A stretch of DNA of 63,893 nucleotides, filler included, from Kipferlia bialata (lineage: Eukaryota): NCBI GenBank assembly GCA_003568945.1. It is 3 parts of 3 records of this genome, joined end to end, with 100 filler letters (N's around TTAATTAATTAA, not from the genome) between each part and the next. Parts side by side here need not be neighbours in the genome. Positions count along the whole stretch, not along the records: positions 1 to 29,384 come from BDIP01000137.1; 2 more parts are not named here. One strand, written 5' to 3'. Positions 12,089 through 25,164 of this stretch are shown in pieces (position 1 is the first letter of the stretch; each line of letters begins with the position of its first letter). A model generated the notes under the pieces. The model saw only the letters and a list, made by a program, of their open reading frames with translations. It ran no database searches and was not told the origin of the DNA. Both the position numbers and the translations under genes were made by a program.

Positions 12089-15000
12089 TCACCAGGCCTG
12101 CTTGAGTCCGGCTGTACCTACTGGGCTCTCCCTTCCCAACAGTCTAGAGGAACCAGACAGGGTAACTGTAGGCGGGGTAGGGGCACGTCGCCTGGGGGAG
12201 TGGCGCGGGGACGGCTTGGATGTATCACGCTTGATATCCTGGTTCTCTCCATCGGTGTTCTTCCTAGCCCTCCTCTTCCTGCACTGTCTGAATACAATGC
12301 ACCCAATGACAGACAGGAGTAGCAGACCCAGACATCCTACGCCAATGTAGAGGACCCTTGGGGTCAGGAAATGGACACAATATCATATATATAGATGGTC
12401 GTATAGACATTGCACATGTGAATACGTCATATATACCTCATCCAGTCGAATGTCTCGCTGTTCAGTTCCGCTGGATACCCCCCTATCAACAGGGCGTCTG
12501 TGCCCGTACTGAACTGGTCGGTGAAGGCATCGGTCAGGGACAGGACCTGGGGTGGGATGGATAGGATATGGGTATGGATATACTATATACAGTAGTTAGT
12601 GTGTGTAGTTAGTATGTATCGGTCAGGGACAGGACCCGGGGTTATTGTCAGAATATAAAAATAGTGACCAGCAAGGGTAACAGGTATTACAATCGGAAAC
12701 GTTGGGGCATATATAGGGTGTAGATGGGAATGAATGCATTATGACCCTAGTGTACCTCAGGGGGGTTGAGCACCACATCCCATGCCAGTGGCTCATAGGT
12801 GTATGTCAGGCCATCCTCACTGAGGGTGCACTCTGTGCTGCTAGATAGGTAGGAGCTGTCAATGTAGGTCAGGCAGTCAGCAGTGTCGGAGGCCTTTACA
12901 CGGTTGGCAGCATCTGAACTCTCTGTGACAGAGTCCACAGGTCTATCGAGTGAGACAGATAGAGACCTGCCCCTCTGGTCTAGATCAGAGTCAGACACCG
13001 ATGGGAGCAGTACGATGCTGAGGTAGGCAGAGTAACCACAGGCACATATAGTCCAATCTTATGTGCTTTGTAATCCATTCAGGCATACCTAGGGTTGCCC
13101 AGTAGTGCCAGTGCACACGAGTTGACCATCAGGGTCTCTATGCTGTACTCTGAGTACCCAATCACCAGCCACTCGTCTTCATAACGTCTGAGACGTCAGT
13201 GAACGATGTAAACCAGTATCATTACTGTTGACAACCACACACTAAATACATATAGTACACACACTCCATACCTCAGGATGGGGTGTCCGTCCCGGGCATA
13301 CATAGAGGCAGGGTAGTTGATGTCATCACTCTGGACCTGGTGGTTAGGTTGTTCTCAATGTAATAGATATGACTCAATACAAAGCGAACATCGTCCCCCA
13401 CCTTCCAGTATCTGAAGTGTGCATTGGACAGGTGGCTGAAGACCCCAAAGAGAGGCAGACCAGGGTATGGACAGAGGGTGTCATGGGTGGTGAGAGAGGC
13501 ACAGATGTTGTTGGTGGGGTTAATGGGGGACCTCCTGCCCAGCCCTGTGACGTATGTCATGGACTGGGGGTTGACCCCGTACTGCACATCCAATGCACTG
13601 TACATGGCAGAGGTCAGAGACGCCTCAAGGCTGGGGGTGAGGCAGGTGGTGGGTGATCCTTAAGTATATGTATACATGCACTATGCCCCACCTGGTCTGG
13701 GTGTCTGAGTCATACCCACAGAGAGGTAGGAGAGAGAGAGAGAGACGGAGGGCTAGGGAGTAGTGGGCACCATCGGAGAAGGAGCCCCAGCCTGGGTGAG
13801 GAGGGGTGAGTGGTAATTAGCAGAAACATCACACAATGATACCGGATATGTGTATCGATACGCAAACCCAGAGACTCATTCACCCGAAAGTACACCCACC
13901 TATGTTGCCAGGTAACTCCAGTCTGTCAGCGGTCTGGTAGGGATTGGTCTGCAGTCTGAGGGGTGAGATGACTACGGGTGTGTTAGTAGAATGCATACTC
14001 TACAAATAGAGAATATGGACATCAAGTCTGTGTATACATCCACCCCCCTACCTGCCCTGGAGTGTCTGGGCCCCACTGATCCAAGACTTGGCAATACTGG
14101 CCTGGGGTCAGAGCATGTAACGAGTATACATATATTCACACACGTATGTACCCCTACCTGCCTACCCGCGTCCACTCCGTCTACCCCAGCCTCCAGCATC
14201 AGATACTGCCACTCTGCGGCATCCACAAAGTTGGCCCAGTCATTGCCATAGCTAGGGTGAGGGGGGAGGCCTATGGACACATATTCATTCAGTGTGTCAT
14301 AGACATAGAGAGAGAGAGAGAGAGATGCCGCACCCACTCATGGCACTGAACTCGTCGTAGTTGTCTGTGTAGTACTGCATGTAGACACTGTCCCCCGTGG
14401 CTCTGTATAGACACAGGGCTGCCAGCACCCTATTGTCCATGTCCTCACTGTCTGTGTATGTCCCACCCCCAGTGCCGGTGGGGTTGGTCTCAAAAGCTGG
14501 GTCAGAGGGTGTAGAGGCATCAGTAAGTATATGTCCAGTGATAGTATGCACTCGATATGTATATAAGTACCTGGGCTCTGTTCTCTACCCGTAAGCCACT
14601 CCCACCCGGCCAGGGCGGCAGTCAAATACCTGAATGTGAGGTACTAATAGTACAAATATTTCATGTATATTCACATATATCATTACGAATCATTATGTAC
14701 CTCTCACTGAGAGTTGTATCCACCCCTGCCACCAGCCTAGCCATACTGGACAGGACTGCTACACCAGACGCCGTGTCATATGTGGACAGACCCACCAGCC
14801 ATCGGTCACCTGGGGGAAGGGACGGAAGGGTGTGTGAGTAGGGATGAATCATTATTGTATTTAGGCACGTGTGTATGCATGGGGTTACCTGTAAAGTCCT
14901 GCGGGGGGTAGAAGAACCACGTGTCAGACACTAGCTTGTGGAACATGCCTTGGGGTCAGACAGAGGAATATGACAGAGGATAGAGGGTGCATCAGGTACA

Positions 15001-18000
15001 TACACTCTCAAGTGTATCAGAGACAGCCACAAACCAATGTATACACGGTGCACCCACCTCCTTCATCCGTGACTGTAGATATGAGCCACTCTGTGCCGTA
15101 CACTGCCTCCTGCACTATGTCGGGCAGGGTGGCTAGGAGGGGGTGGGAGGCTGGGGGTGAGGGGGTGGTATGGCACACAATAGTCACAGGCCACTATAGC
15201 CTTGCCTGACGGGGGTATCCTGTGTGCGTCTGTGGGGAATGCCGCATAGTCTGTGTCCAGTGCCTGCACTAGGTGCATGACAGTGGCAGCTAGGGTGGGA
15301 AGGTACTTGTTGTAGTCGCCTGTGATTAGAGAGAGGGAGTAATGGTAAACACATACGCCAGATCGGAGACTGGGGACAGGGGTAGAGTGATATAGAATAC
15401 ACACATGTAGATATACACCCACCCACCTGCGTCATGCCACCCCCCTGCATCCAGGGCCACATCTCCTGTCAGGCCAGTACTGGAGTGGTAGTGGGCTGTG
15501 GCGTCACTGGTCACATGGCAGCTGGGCCTGAGGTGGGAGGGTCCTATACTAGAACGACACTACAGTAATTACATTTGTGAACAAGATATATAGATATATA
15601 TCTCGGAGAAGCAGTATGTACCTCGCATACTCGAGATCGGCATAAGGGGTCTGGATATTGCCATTTCCACACCGTTGGTAGAACATGGCTCTGGCTATCG
15701 TGTAGTATGGGAATGTCAGTGCCTGGCCAGACACGGACACGGGGACAGACCCCACACCCTCGACAGACAGGGTGTACTCACCGGCAGATAGGTGGGTCAT
15801 GTCTATACCATATACATCCTCCCCGGCGGCATCCCACCCCTTGTAGAGTAGGGTGGCCACACCAGTGCCCCCCTCACTCAACACGGTGCCTGATGTACTG
15901 TCTGATATAGTGTAGGAGGGGGGGGAGTGGTATGCCTGGGTGGGGGTAGGGGGTGTGGTGGAGTGGAAGGGCACCACCCCAGCGAGAGAGGCAGAGAGGT
16001 GGGTGGAGGATGCAGTCGAGGGGCTGAAGGGCGACCAGAAGCCTATCCCACTCCCCTTGACCCATCCGTCCCATGTCACAGAGCCCTGGGGTGAGGATGG
16101 GGGTGGTGCTCAGAAGAAGTCACAAGTTCTAATGGAGGGAGTATCACTATCATAGTACGTTGCACGCACCTTGTTTGTTGAGAACACGACTGCCCTCGAC
16201 GTGAGGTATGCCATGGCTGTGACCTCCAGTGCCGCATACCCCTCTGTCCCATACTCAGAGCCAAAGGCAGAGTCCAAGGGGACAGGGGAGACAAGGGAGA
16301 CAGACCGGCCATAGGGGTCCATGGTGATGAGTCGCCCATCGGAACAGGCACCCAGTATACTGTAGTCTGGGGGTGAGGGGATCGGAAGAGAGTACATTTC
16401 CTCATTCATCTTGTGTATATACTCACCCATTCTGTCTGCCGCCCCTACCACAGTACAGTCTGAGGGGAGGTCTAGGTTGCCAAGGGCACCCTGAGGTGAG
16501 TATAGGGATGGAGGAGTATATCACAAATGACAATCTCATTCCGCATGTCGACATATACATATCTATACAAAACATCGACCCACCTTGTAATCGGCCAAGA
16601 GGACCCCATCTCCGTAGAATGCTGCCCTGTGCCCAGTGTATGCTATGCCTGTCACACTGACCCCCCCATCTACACCTGTGTCACCCGAGTGTATCTCTCT
16701 GTCATACTCTAGAGCAGGGTCCAGGAGGGATAGGACTGTGTCCCCAGACTCTATGTACCACAGGGACACATACTGCTCCTGCATGGTGCCCCCAACCGAC
16801 ATGTCACAGACAGAGTATACCTCGATGTAAGGTGTCACATGCGTGTATCCCACTGATGCAGCAGTGACTGTGGCCACACCAGATGCTGATGCTGCACTGG
16901 CTGTACAGGCAGGGGAGAGGTCGGTGATGACAGTGGAGTATGTGGACATGTCACTGTGTGGGTAGAGCCTAAGCTCCGACCCCACCACTATCCATAGGCC
17001 ATGGGGTGTGATGGACAGAGAGGTGGGAGTGGTGAGGGAGGTCAGGACCTGCTCCACCACGGCTGATGTCCCTCCCTCGGTACCCACCAGTCTATACACT
17101 GCAGACTCTGTCCATGCATAGCAGAGGTCACTGCCAAAGGCCTCCATCCCTACGATAGCAGAGAGGGATGGTACCCCACTCTCACTGTCACACACAGATG
17201 CTAGGGTGACGCCTGACCCACCCTCCAGCACAGACCAGCAGTACACAGAGGCATCAGAGGGAGAGGGGTGGATGGAGTACAGGGTGGACCCAAAGTCACC
17301 TGGGGGTGGGTGACACACGCAACTGACAAGCAGTACTTGATATGTATAGATATATATATATGTCTCTAGTGACGTACCCACACTGTGTCCTATCCTGGCC
17401 TCCTTGGGGGCCTCTGCCACAGCCATGTAGCCTGAGAGGGGTTAGCGTGTGGATATATACCATATTACAGGCAAAGAGTATAACATATACATGAGTGTAC
17501 CTATATGGTTGGCCTTGACGGCTATGGACTCTGCCGCTGGGTCATACTCTATGTCAATGGAGGCATCTACCATCACATTGCCTGGGGTGGGAGGGATTGA
17601 TGGAGAGGGAACCAGTATACTCTTGCAGACTCATGGTGAAAGAAATACAATGTAAACTGCTGCCCCCCCGTACCTGACTCATCTGCCAGTCCTGACACCT
17701 CCAGGGAGTAGGACACATTGGGAGTGAGGGGAGAGGAGAGCAGCAGAGCCATCTCTGTACGGACCTGGCTGTCAGAGAGAGTCAACGGACAGAAGAGTCA
17801 ACGGATAGAAGAATCAAAGGATAGGAGAGACTAAGTATGGGTAATATATGGGCATTGCATATTTACCACAACTATTCCCCACCTCGGCCTCATCGGAGTC
17901 TCCAAAGCCACTGAACCTCTCAGAGTATCCTGGGAATTAGAGTGTCACTCTGTACCAATATGAATGGAGCGGTGGCACCCTGGCTCTGTACATCCATGAG

Positions 18001-21000
18001 ATAGTGTAATACACCCCCCCACCTCTCCTGGCCACAGCTATTGTCCCGTCAGGCCCTGTGACTGAGAATGACCCTGTCGTGTGTGCTGTCTCCACCGTCA
18101 ACAGTTCGGACAGTGTCACCTGCAGCACCCTGTCAGACACGACAGAGACAGAGGAGATAGAGGGGGGGACTAGGTCTAGGACCTGGGGGTGAGGAGCAAT
18201 ACTGGAGTATACACTGGATAACCGCACACCCTCACCTCGATCTCCGCCAGAGACAGACTCTCACAGTTGTCCCAAGATCCAGCACTGTAGAAGCTGCACT
18301 CTGAGGTCAGTACATACGATAGAATGAGGGAAATTATCATGGAGAGAGGAGGATCTGTGTCTGTACCTGGTGCAATGTCTGTGAAGACTATCCACTCTGC
18401 GTTGCCTATACTCCAGGTGTCTGTGACAAGGTCTGACAGGGGTATGTGACACACAGTGTGGGTGTCGGTGGAGAGGTCAGACGAGACATAGTCCTTGAGG
18501 TATACCTCGTTACTGGCGCTGGGGTCAGGGGAAGGGGACATACATGGTATGACTATACATACATGTAGAGCGTCTCACCTGTCCCAAGTGGTGACCTTGG
18601 TCAGTATTCCGTCCCATGTGGCTGGCAAGGGGTTGAGGAAGGTCAGCCTAAGGGCCTGGTAGGAGGTCCAGTTACGCCTGCCCTGGGGAGTTAGGTCATT
18701 CCATAAGTATGAGTTACGTATGCACTTCATATCCCAAACTGGAAAGAACTCCTTATACTATTCACCCATGAGGGTGACATGTATGTACATATATACCTGG
18801 TTAGATGTGTACATCTGGACTGAGGACACGTGCCACAGGTCAGGGGCCAGCACTATCACCCTCTGGGAACCTGGGTCTGACACATCCACAATCTCCTCAT
18901 ACCCGTAGAAGACCTCCATACGGCCTGGGGTGGGAGTGATGAGGTAAAGAATGTGCATGAGTGTTAGATCGACTGCCAGCCCCAACCTGCTGAGTAGTCC
19001 ACTGCGTATATGCTGTCAAACAGGGTGTCTGGGTAGGCGACATTGGAGGGGAAGAACCCTGAGTCATGGAGCTCCCACTCCCTGGGGGTGAAGGGGAAGA
19101 CATGGTACAGTATACATGTACTAATGACAGAGTAGAGAGGATACTATTACATTCAGCACAATACAGTGTAATGGAGATAACAATATAGAGCACCCCCACT
19201 CACTCTGTGTAGTCCAGTATATATACTGCCCCCTCTGTCACAGCATAGTAGTCACCAGTGCCACTGACAGACAGGACATCATCAGTGGTGGGTAGGGCAA
19301 TGGATACCCCTGTCTGGTCATCGGCGCTGAACAGGTAGCTAGACCCGCCAGCACCCACACACAGCACTGAGGGTGAGGGTATGTGTATGGGTCATTATAG
19401 GGATGTCCGTGTGTATAGTCATATGTTTAGTTATGTGTAAAGATTCATATATATATGTGTGGGTGGGTGCATCACCTGTTGCGTCCATGTAGTCCTCGGG
19501 CAGGGGGTCAGCCAGTGCCGCATACGCAGTGGATGTGTATCCCTTGGGTCCCACACTCATGTCTGCTATCTCCAGCCCAGTGTCAAACACCAAGATACCC
19601 TCCCCTGTCTCACTGTCACTTGCTGTGATGTCCAGGGTGTCTGACTCCAGGGTCAGTTGGTACACAGAGGTACCCTGGGAGGTGAGTCAAAGGGGGGGGG
19701 GGTGTATATACTGTGTACGATACATAGGGCATAGCACTCCCACCTGACTGTACACCACCGCACAGCTCTCCACATGCGTTAGGGACCCCATGTAGGCATA
19801 CACACTGGACACAGCCCCGTCCACTATGCGCGTGGAGGTGTTGTTGGTACTGTCCACCAGATACAGACCCCCACCCCCAGCCGTCAGCACAGATGTCTCA
19901 GACCCACACCCAGTCACGTGGGTAGTGCTGTGCCTGGGTGTTATGGGGGACATATAGGGAGTATACATACACGGTGGGGGGATCGCCATAGGGATCAGAC
20001 ATTGAAGGAATAAGGACTCTGAAGTACTCAAGTACATAGACACGTCGGCTACAGAATACCCCACCTGCTCCCTGTATCCATCCAGTCTGCTGAGAACACC
20101 ACTGTGTCGAAGCCAGAGTCAGGGGACACAGTCACCTGTTGGGTGTAAATAGGGATAGAGGGATAGTATTACGGATACGTGATGTCTCTATATACATAGT
20201 ATATACCTTTAGCAAGTGGCCACACTCTGTCACTGCCACCAGGGTGTATGCATCGTACATCCACCCACTCACGAACTGGCACGTGTCGGTGTCTGTCTCA
20301 TAGTCCCTCAGTGCATCTGACCCAGGCACCAGGGTGAACACATCGGTCACGGGGTTGTAGTGCCACACACCGGAGCCTGGGGTGGGGAATTGTTGCATAT
20401 GCATCATACTCCTAAGGAAAACCCATGTCATACATATCATTTAGTGAAGATGTCATTATAGTATGTATAGATGGTGGATGGCTACCTAGGATGAAACGCT
20501 GCAGGTCCTGGGGACACACGGAGTGGGTACCAGGCCTGGAGTGAGAGATGGGTGTATCTGGTGGGACGACAGACCTAGGGGCAGCCACAGAACTGGGTCA
20601 GCCATGACACTACACACGCCCCACCTAATGCTTGTGCAGCTGTGCTCCGGCATGGGGACTATGCCCCTTAGGGGTAGGTCGGACAAGGCATCGTGATGTA
20701 AGGTCTGGGGGAGACGCGTGGCTACCCACTCTGACGGGTCAGGGGAAGAGCACTATTATGACCGTATCATACACACAAGTACATGTGTAAATGTAATACT
20801 CGGGACACCCACCTGGTTCCAAGTCCCCCTCATCTCTGGACACATGCATCTCTGTGACCCTGAGTGCCACACACGCAGAGGCAGGGGCCAAGGGATCAAG
20901 GAAGTCACCGGAGTATGTACACTCATCTCTAGGGGGTGAGGGAATAGGACACATAAGTTCAAGGGATTACTGATGTGACTCTAATCCACCCTATCACACT

Positions 21001-24000
21001 TGTCTACATACCCAGACCACAGGAGCCCTATCCACTCGACATCTGTCAGCCTCCACTCCTCGCCCCCAAAGAGAGAGAGGGACATGTATGCGGTGTGGTA
21101 TGTGTACCCGTCTGTCGATACCGCAGTGTCAGAGGAGTATGCTGATAGGTCAGACACCTCCTCACTAGTGCCATCCCAGCGCTGGGGGGTAAGAGAGAGG
21201 GTAGAGTATAGAAGGTAGATGACAGAGATGGGAGACCAACTCCTTCCGAGGCATATGTGCTTGTGTATCCTAATAGTATAGTACTATCGCCACCTGCATC
21301 TTGACCCCGAGGTCAGAGGGACTCCGGTCAGAGTCTGAGGGAATACCAAAGGTGATGCTGAACCTGTAGGGTGAGGGAGCTATACATATGTGCTATATAC
21401 ATATATACTCTCACACAGAAGCCTCCAGAGTGTCCAGGAGAGAGATAAATCATATGGCAACACTCAGCTACCCCACCTTGTGAAGTCGGAGAGGTCCCTC
21501 CTAGACTCCCCATCCCCATAGAGCTTGTAGCTGCACCCATGCCTGGTGGTGAGATGGGGATGTAAATATGTGTACTAGCCAAATAGACTATGGGAATAGA
21601 TACATACACCCCCATACCATGTGTCTGGGTGGAACTCGAGTGCGATGCCTGTCCCGTCGTCCCCTGTGCCTGTGACCTGGGGGTGGGGGTATAACAGGGA
21701 ATACAATGCCACTCAACATATGAGTATAGAATCATATATACAGACAATAAATGTGTTCACATTCATATATATATGGAACACTCCACCCCTTCCTACCTGT
21801 GCCCCCTCCCACAGCTGTATGGGTGTGGTGAAGACTGAGTTGATGGACATAGATCGGTCGGTGCCTGGGGTCAGGGGGCATCATGGGTACATGTATGTGA
21901 ACAGCACCATTATGCAGTATGGACAGGCAATAGAGACAATGTACATACACTGAATATACAACATGTGTCTATACCTGTGAACAGCACCCCCTCAGCCGAT
22001 GATGTCAGATACACCTGGGGGTACTTGCCATTGTACTTGCTGAGGTGAGGGAGAGATAGTACGGAGGTATATGTCACACAAGCAAAAGAATCCTATGATG
22101 ATAGAGTACAACCCCGTACCCGTATAGCAAGATGTCCTGCCCCCCGTCTACAGTCACTACTAGCTGGGCCAGGTTGCCATCAATGCCGGTGACCTAGGGG
22201 TGAGGCAGGGAAGTATCCAGCTCACACATAAACACACCAAGACTCCATCTAAAGGTAAATACACTATGGTAAGTATCCAAAACTCACCTCCTTGAACTGG
22301 GTCCCCTCCCCCAGGGGCAGTGTGAGGCCTGTGTCGCCTGTGTCTATCATGTCTGATGGGACAGCAGACACAGTGTGGGGGTCAGAGGAATCCCACTCTG
22401 GGGGTCAGACTTGTGATAGTCATTATACACTGGCACATACACTATACTGACCATACACATGAATTACACACAGAGGTAGTCAGACCTATGATGTATGTAT
22501 GACTGTACACAAGTACGATTATACGCCAATATATACACCCCACCTATGATGTCTGTCTGTGTGAGTATGATGCAGTCTGAGCTGTGCCTGTAGTCCACTG
22601 GACTGCACCACACATCGGTGACAGGGCCTGAGGGGTCAGACGGACAGGTGTATACAGAGAGAGAGAGATGCAAATAGTACAAGAGTGAGTGACATCACAA
22701 TACTTACCCAGGTCCTCAGGTATCTGGTACTGCACGTCACACTCAATCACACTGACACTCTCGACGCTATCATCCTCATCCTCCATGGTGCACTGTGACA
22801 CTGTGTACACACCGGTGTCAGTATCCAGTGTGACCACCATAGTCTGGTACCCACCCATGGACACTAGGTGGGTGACAGAGGGGTAGGAGGCAGGGGTGGA
22901 GTCAGAGTCGGACTCACTGTCAGCCTCAGCCTCAGTCTCACCCTCTGTCTCTGTCTCTGTTTCTGTCTCTGTTTCTGTCTCTGCCTCTTCTGGTGTATAT
23001 GGCGTGGCCTCTGGGACCAACCCACACACACACTCCACCCCCTTCTCAACCAGCTCTGCTATGAGTGTGCACTGGCAGTACACGCTGCTTGTCACCTCTG
23101 TGACCACAGTGGGTATGCCTGTCAGAGACTCAGTCTGGTCGGCCCAGAGGTGGATGCCGCCATAGCTGAGTGTGGGAACAGATTAGGGGGATACACCAAT
23201 ATACAATCCCACGTATACATGGCCGTACTGATACCTGATGTTTGACACCCCTTGCATGGTGTATGACACAGCAGACACAGATAGACCCTCTGCGTCCCCT
23301 GCCGCAGTGTACACAGGCAAGGGCAGGGACATGGGCACTAGGGACAGGGAGAAGGGGGTGTCCCCAGCCTCACTGTCTGACACTGCCTGACATATCTCTA
23401 GCAAGGCAGAGGATGTGTCACTGGACACACTCTCCCCCCCTGGCCCTGTCCCACTGACAGTGTCATCTACTATGGAGGCATAGTAGGAGCACACACCCTC
23501 AGTGGTGATGGGGGTGGTGGCTATGGACACCACGGACTGGGTCAGAGACATAGGGGGGTAAGGAAGAGAGACTGTATCTATATACATAGATATTCACCCA
23601 CCTTTGGCAGAGTGTGTGTCTCCACCTCAGATGATATGGAGTCTATGCCAATGAGAGAGGTGCCTGGGTCAGAGGGAGAGAGAGAAGAGACAGAGAGTCA
23701 GAGAACGTATCTATACATACACACATACCCTTGACGAAGTAGAAGTGCCTCCTGTCGTCTGTCCTGATGAGGGTGTAGCCCCCCCCGTCAGTGGGTGCCT
23801 CACACACATAGTCCAGCCCAGCCCCCGTGTCCCTCAAGACATGGGTCCCAGACAGGGCAAGGGTGCCACATGGGTGAGGGGGGTATAGGGTATATATATG
23901 TATGCCGTATATTTAGAGAGTATTATGAATATATCGGTTGGTGCCATATACGTAAGATACATGGGATACGTGGAAGGATACGTAGATTATGCCGGAGGCG

Positions 24001-24650
24001 GTGGGAACGGAGACATATATCCAGCCAGAAAGCCAGGATACAATACTGTGACTTGGATAGAGATGGGATAAATCACAACCATGCGTATACACATGTAGAC
24101 ACATACCTAGCACCGCTGTCTCCGGTCCATACCACTGTGCATACTCGGCTGGCTGGGACCAGTCGTTGGATGCAAAGGCGCGAAGACCATAGCCTGATAG
24201 TCAGAATGGATGTCTCACAATCAAGAGGGTATACAACAGCTCCGATAGTACATGTATAGATATGTATGTGATACCCCCTGACCTTCGTCTCTGAGTACTG
24301 TGCCGTTGGATGCTGCCACAAACAGACTGGACAGAAGGGGGGAGGAGCCTGGGGGTGGGGGAGGGGGAGAAAGGGAGGGGTAGATACACCAATCAATCCA
24401 TTCATTTCACTTGATATACATATATCATGGTACATGGTACTGGACATGTTCACCTGGGAAGACTTCCACAAGTATACTGCTGCAACCCATACTTCATTAC
24501 ATTGGAGAGGACAGTTACATAGAGGGATGACACGTAGTATTTGGACAGCCAACACCACCCCTGCTCCACCCTACCTCCGTCATACACCACGCTGTGGCAT
24601 GAACCACAGGCTATGAGCCACGTCAGCAGTACCACCACCACCCAGGGCAT
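12089..24650 (-). CDS. Giant type I membrane protein: signal peptide, beta-rich regions, two CBM-like repeats, Ig-like domains, GH9 glycoside hydrolase domain, C-terminal TM helix
   Basis: Start MPWVVVVLLTWLIACGSCHS. GH9 motifs MFYQRCG, GGWHDAG|DYNKY, PDIVQEA, GVNPQSMTYVTGLG, YEDEWLVIGYSEYSI. Last exon VLYIGVGCLGLLLLSVIGCIVF-RQCRKRRARK, TGA at 12089-12091. The GH9 part (about 17550-13070) is secure; continuity of the 5' exons into one gene is less certain. Confidence 0.8.
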
Positions 24651-24997
24651 GATGGGGTGGCAGGTGGAGAGAGGTATGGTGCCTCCAGGCAACCGGTGTC
24701 GTTCGTTGAACGCTCCATTCGACTTGACCCAACTTGGGTCAAGTCGTCCCAAGGTTTCGTCATATGCCTCTCTACCCCCACCCAGTGTGTCTATCCCCCT
24801 GATACCTACTCCCCACCCTCTCCACGTGTGTGAGGTGTCTGTGGGGCATGCTGTCACTCAGACTCCACACCGAGGACTACTACAGGGCGGGGCAGGATGC
24901 TAGGTGGGGGAGTTGTAGTGGTGAGATAATAGTGGGGAGAGAGGGGACGGAAAGGGGGGGGGGGGGGGGGGGGGGGGGTTTGTGAAAAAAAAAAAGA

Positions 24998-25032
<35 letters not shown>

Positions 25033-25164
25033 GAGAGAGAATATACAATGCCATATACCTACAGATACCCCAACTTAATAACAGCAATCTCCCCCAGCCC
25101 CCCAGTAACACTGTCTAGTGTGACACAGAGGACAGTATCTCTCTTTCTCTCTCTCTATACATAC

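Noticed and set aside
17780..17830. 17-nt tandem repeat at an exon boundary in the GH9 gene
   Set aside because: A simple contiguous tandem repeat without spacers; not clearly part of the echo pattern.
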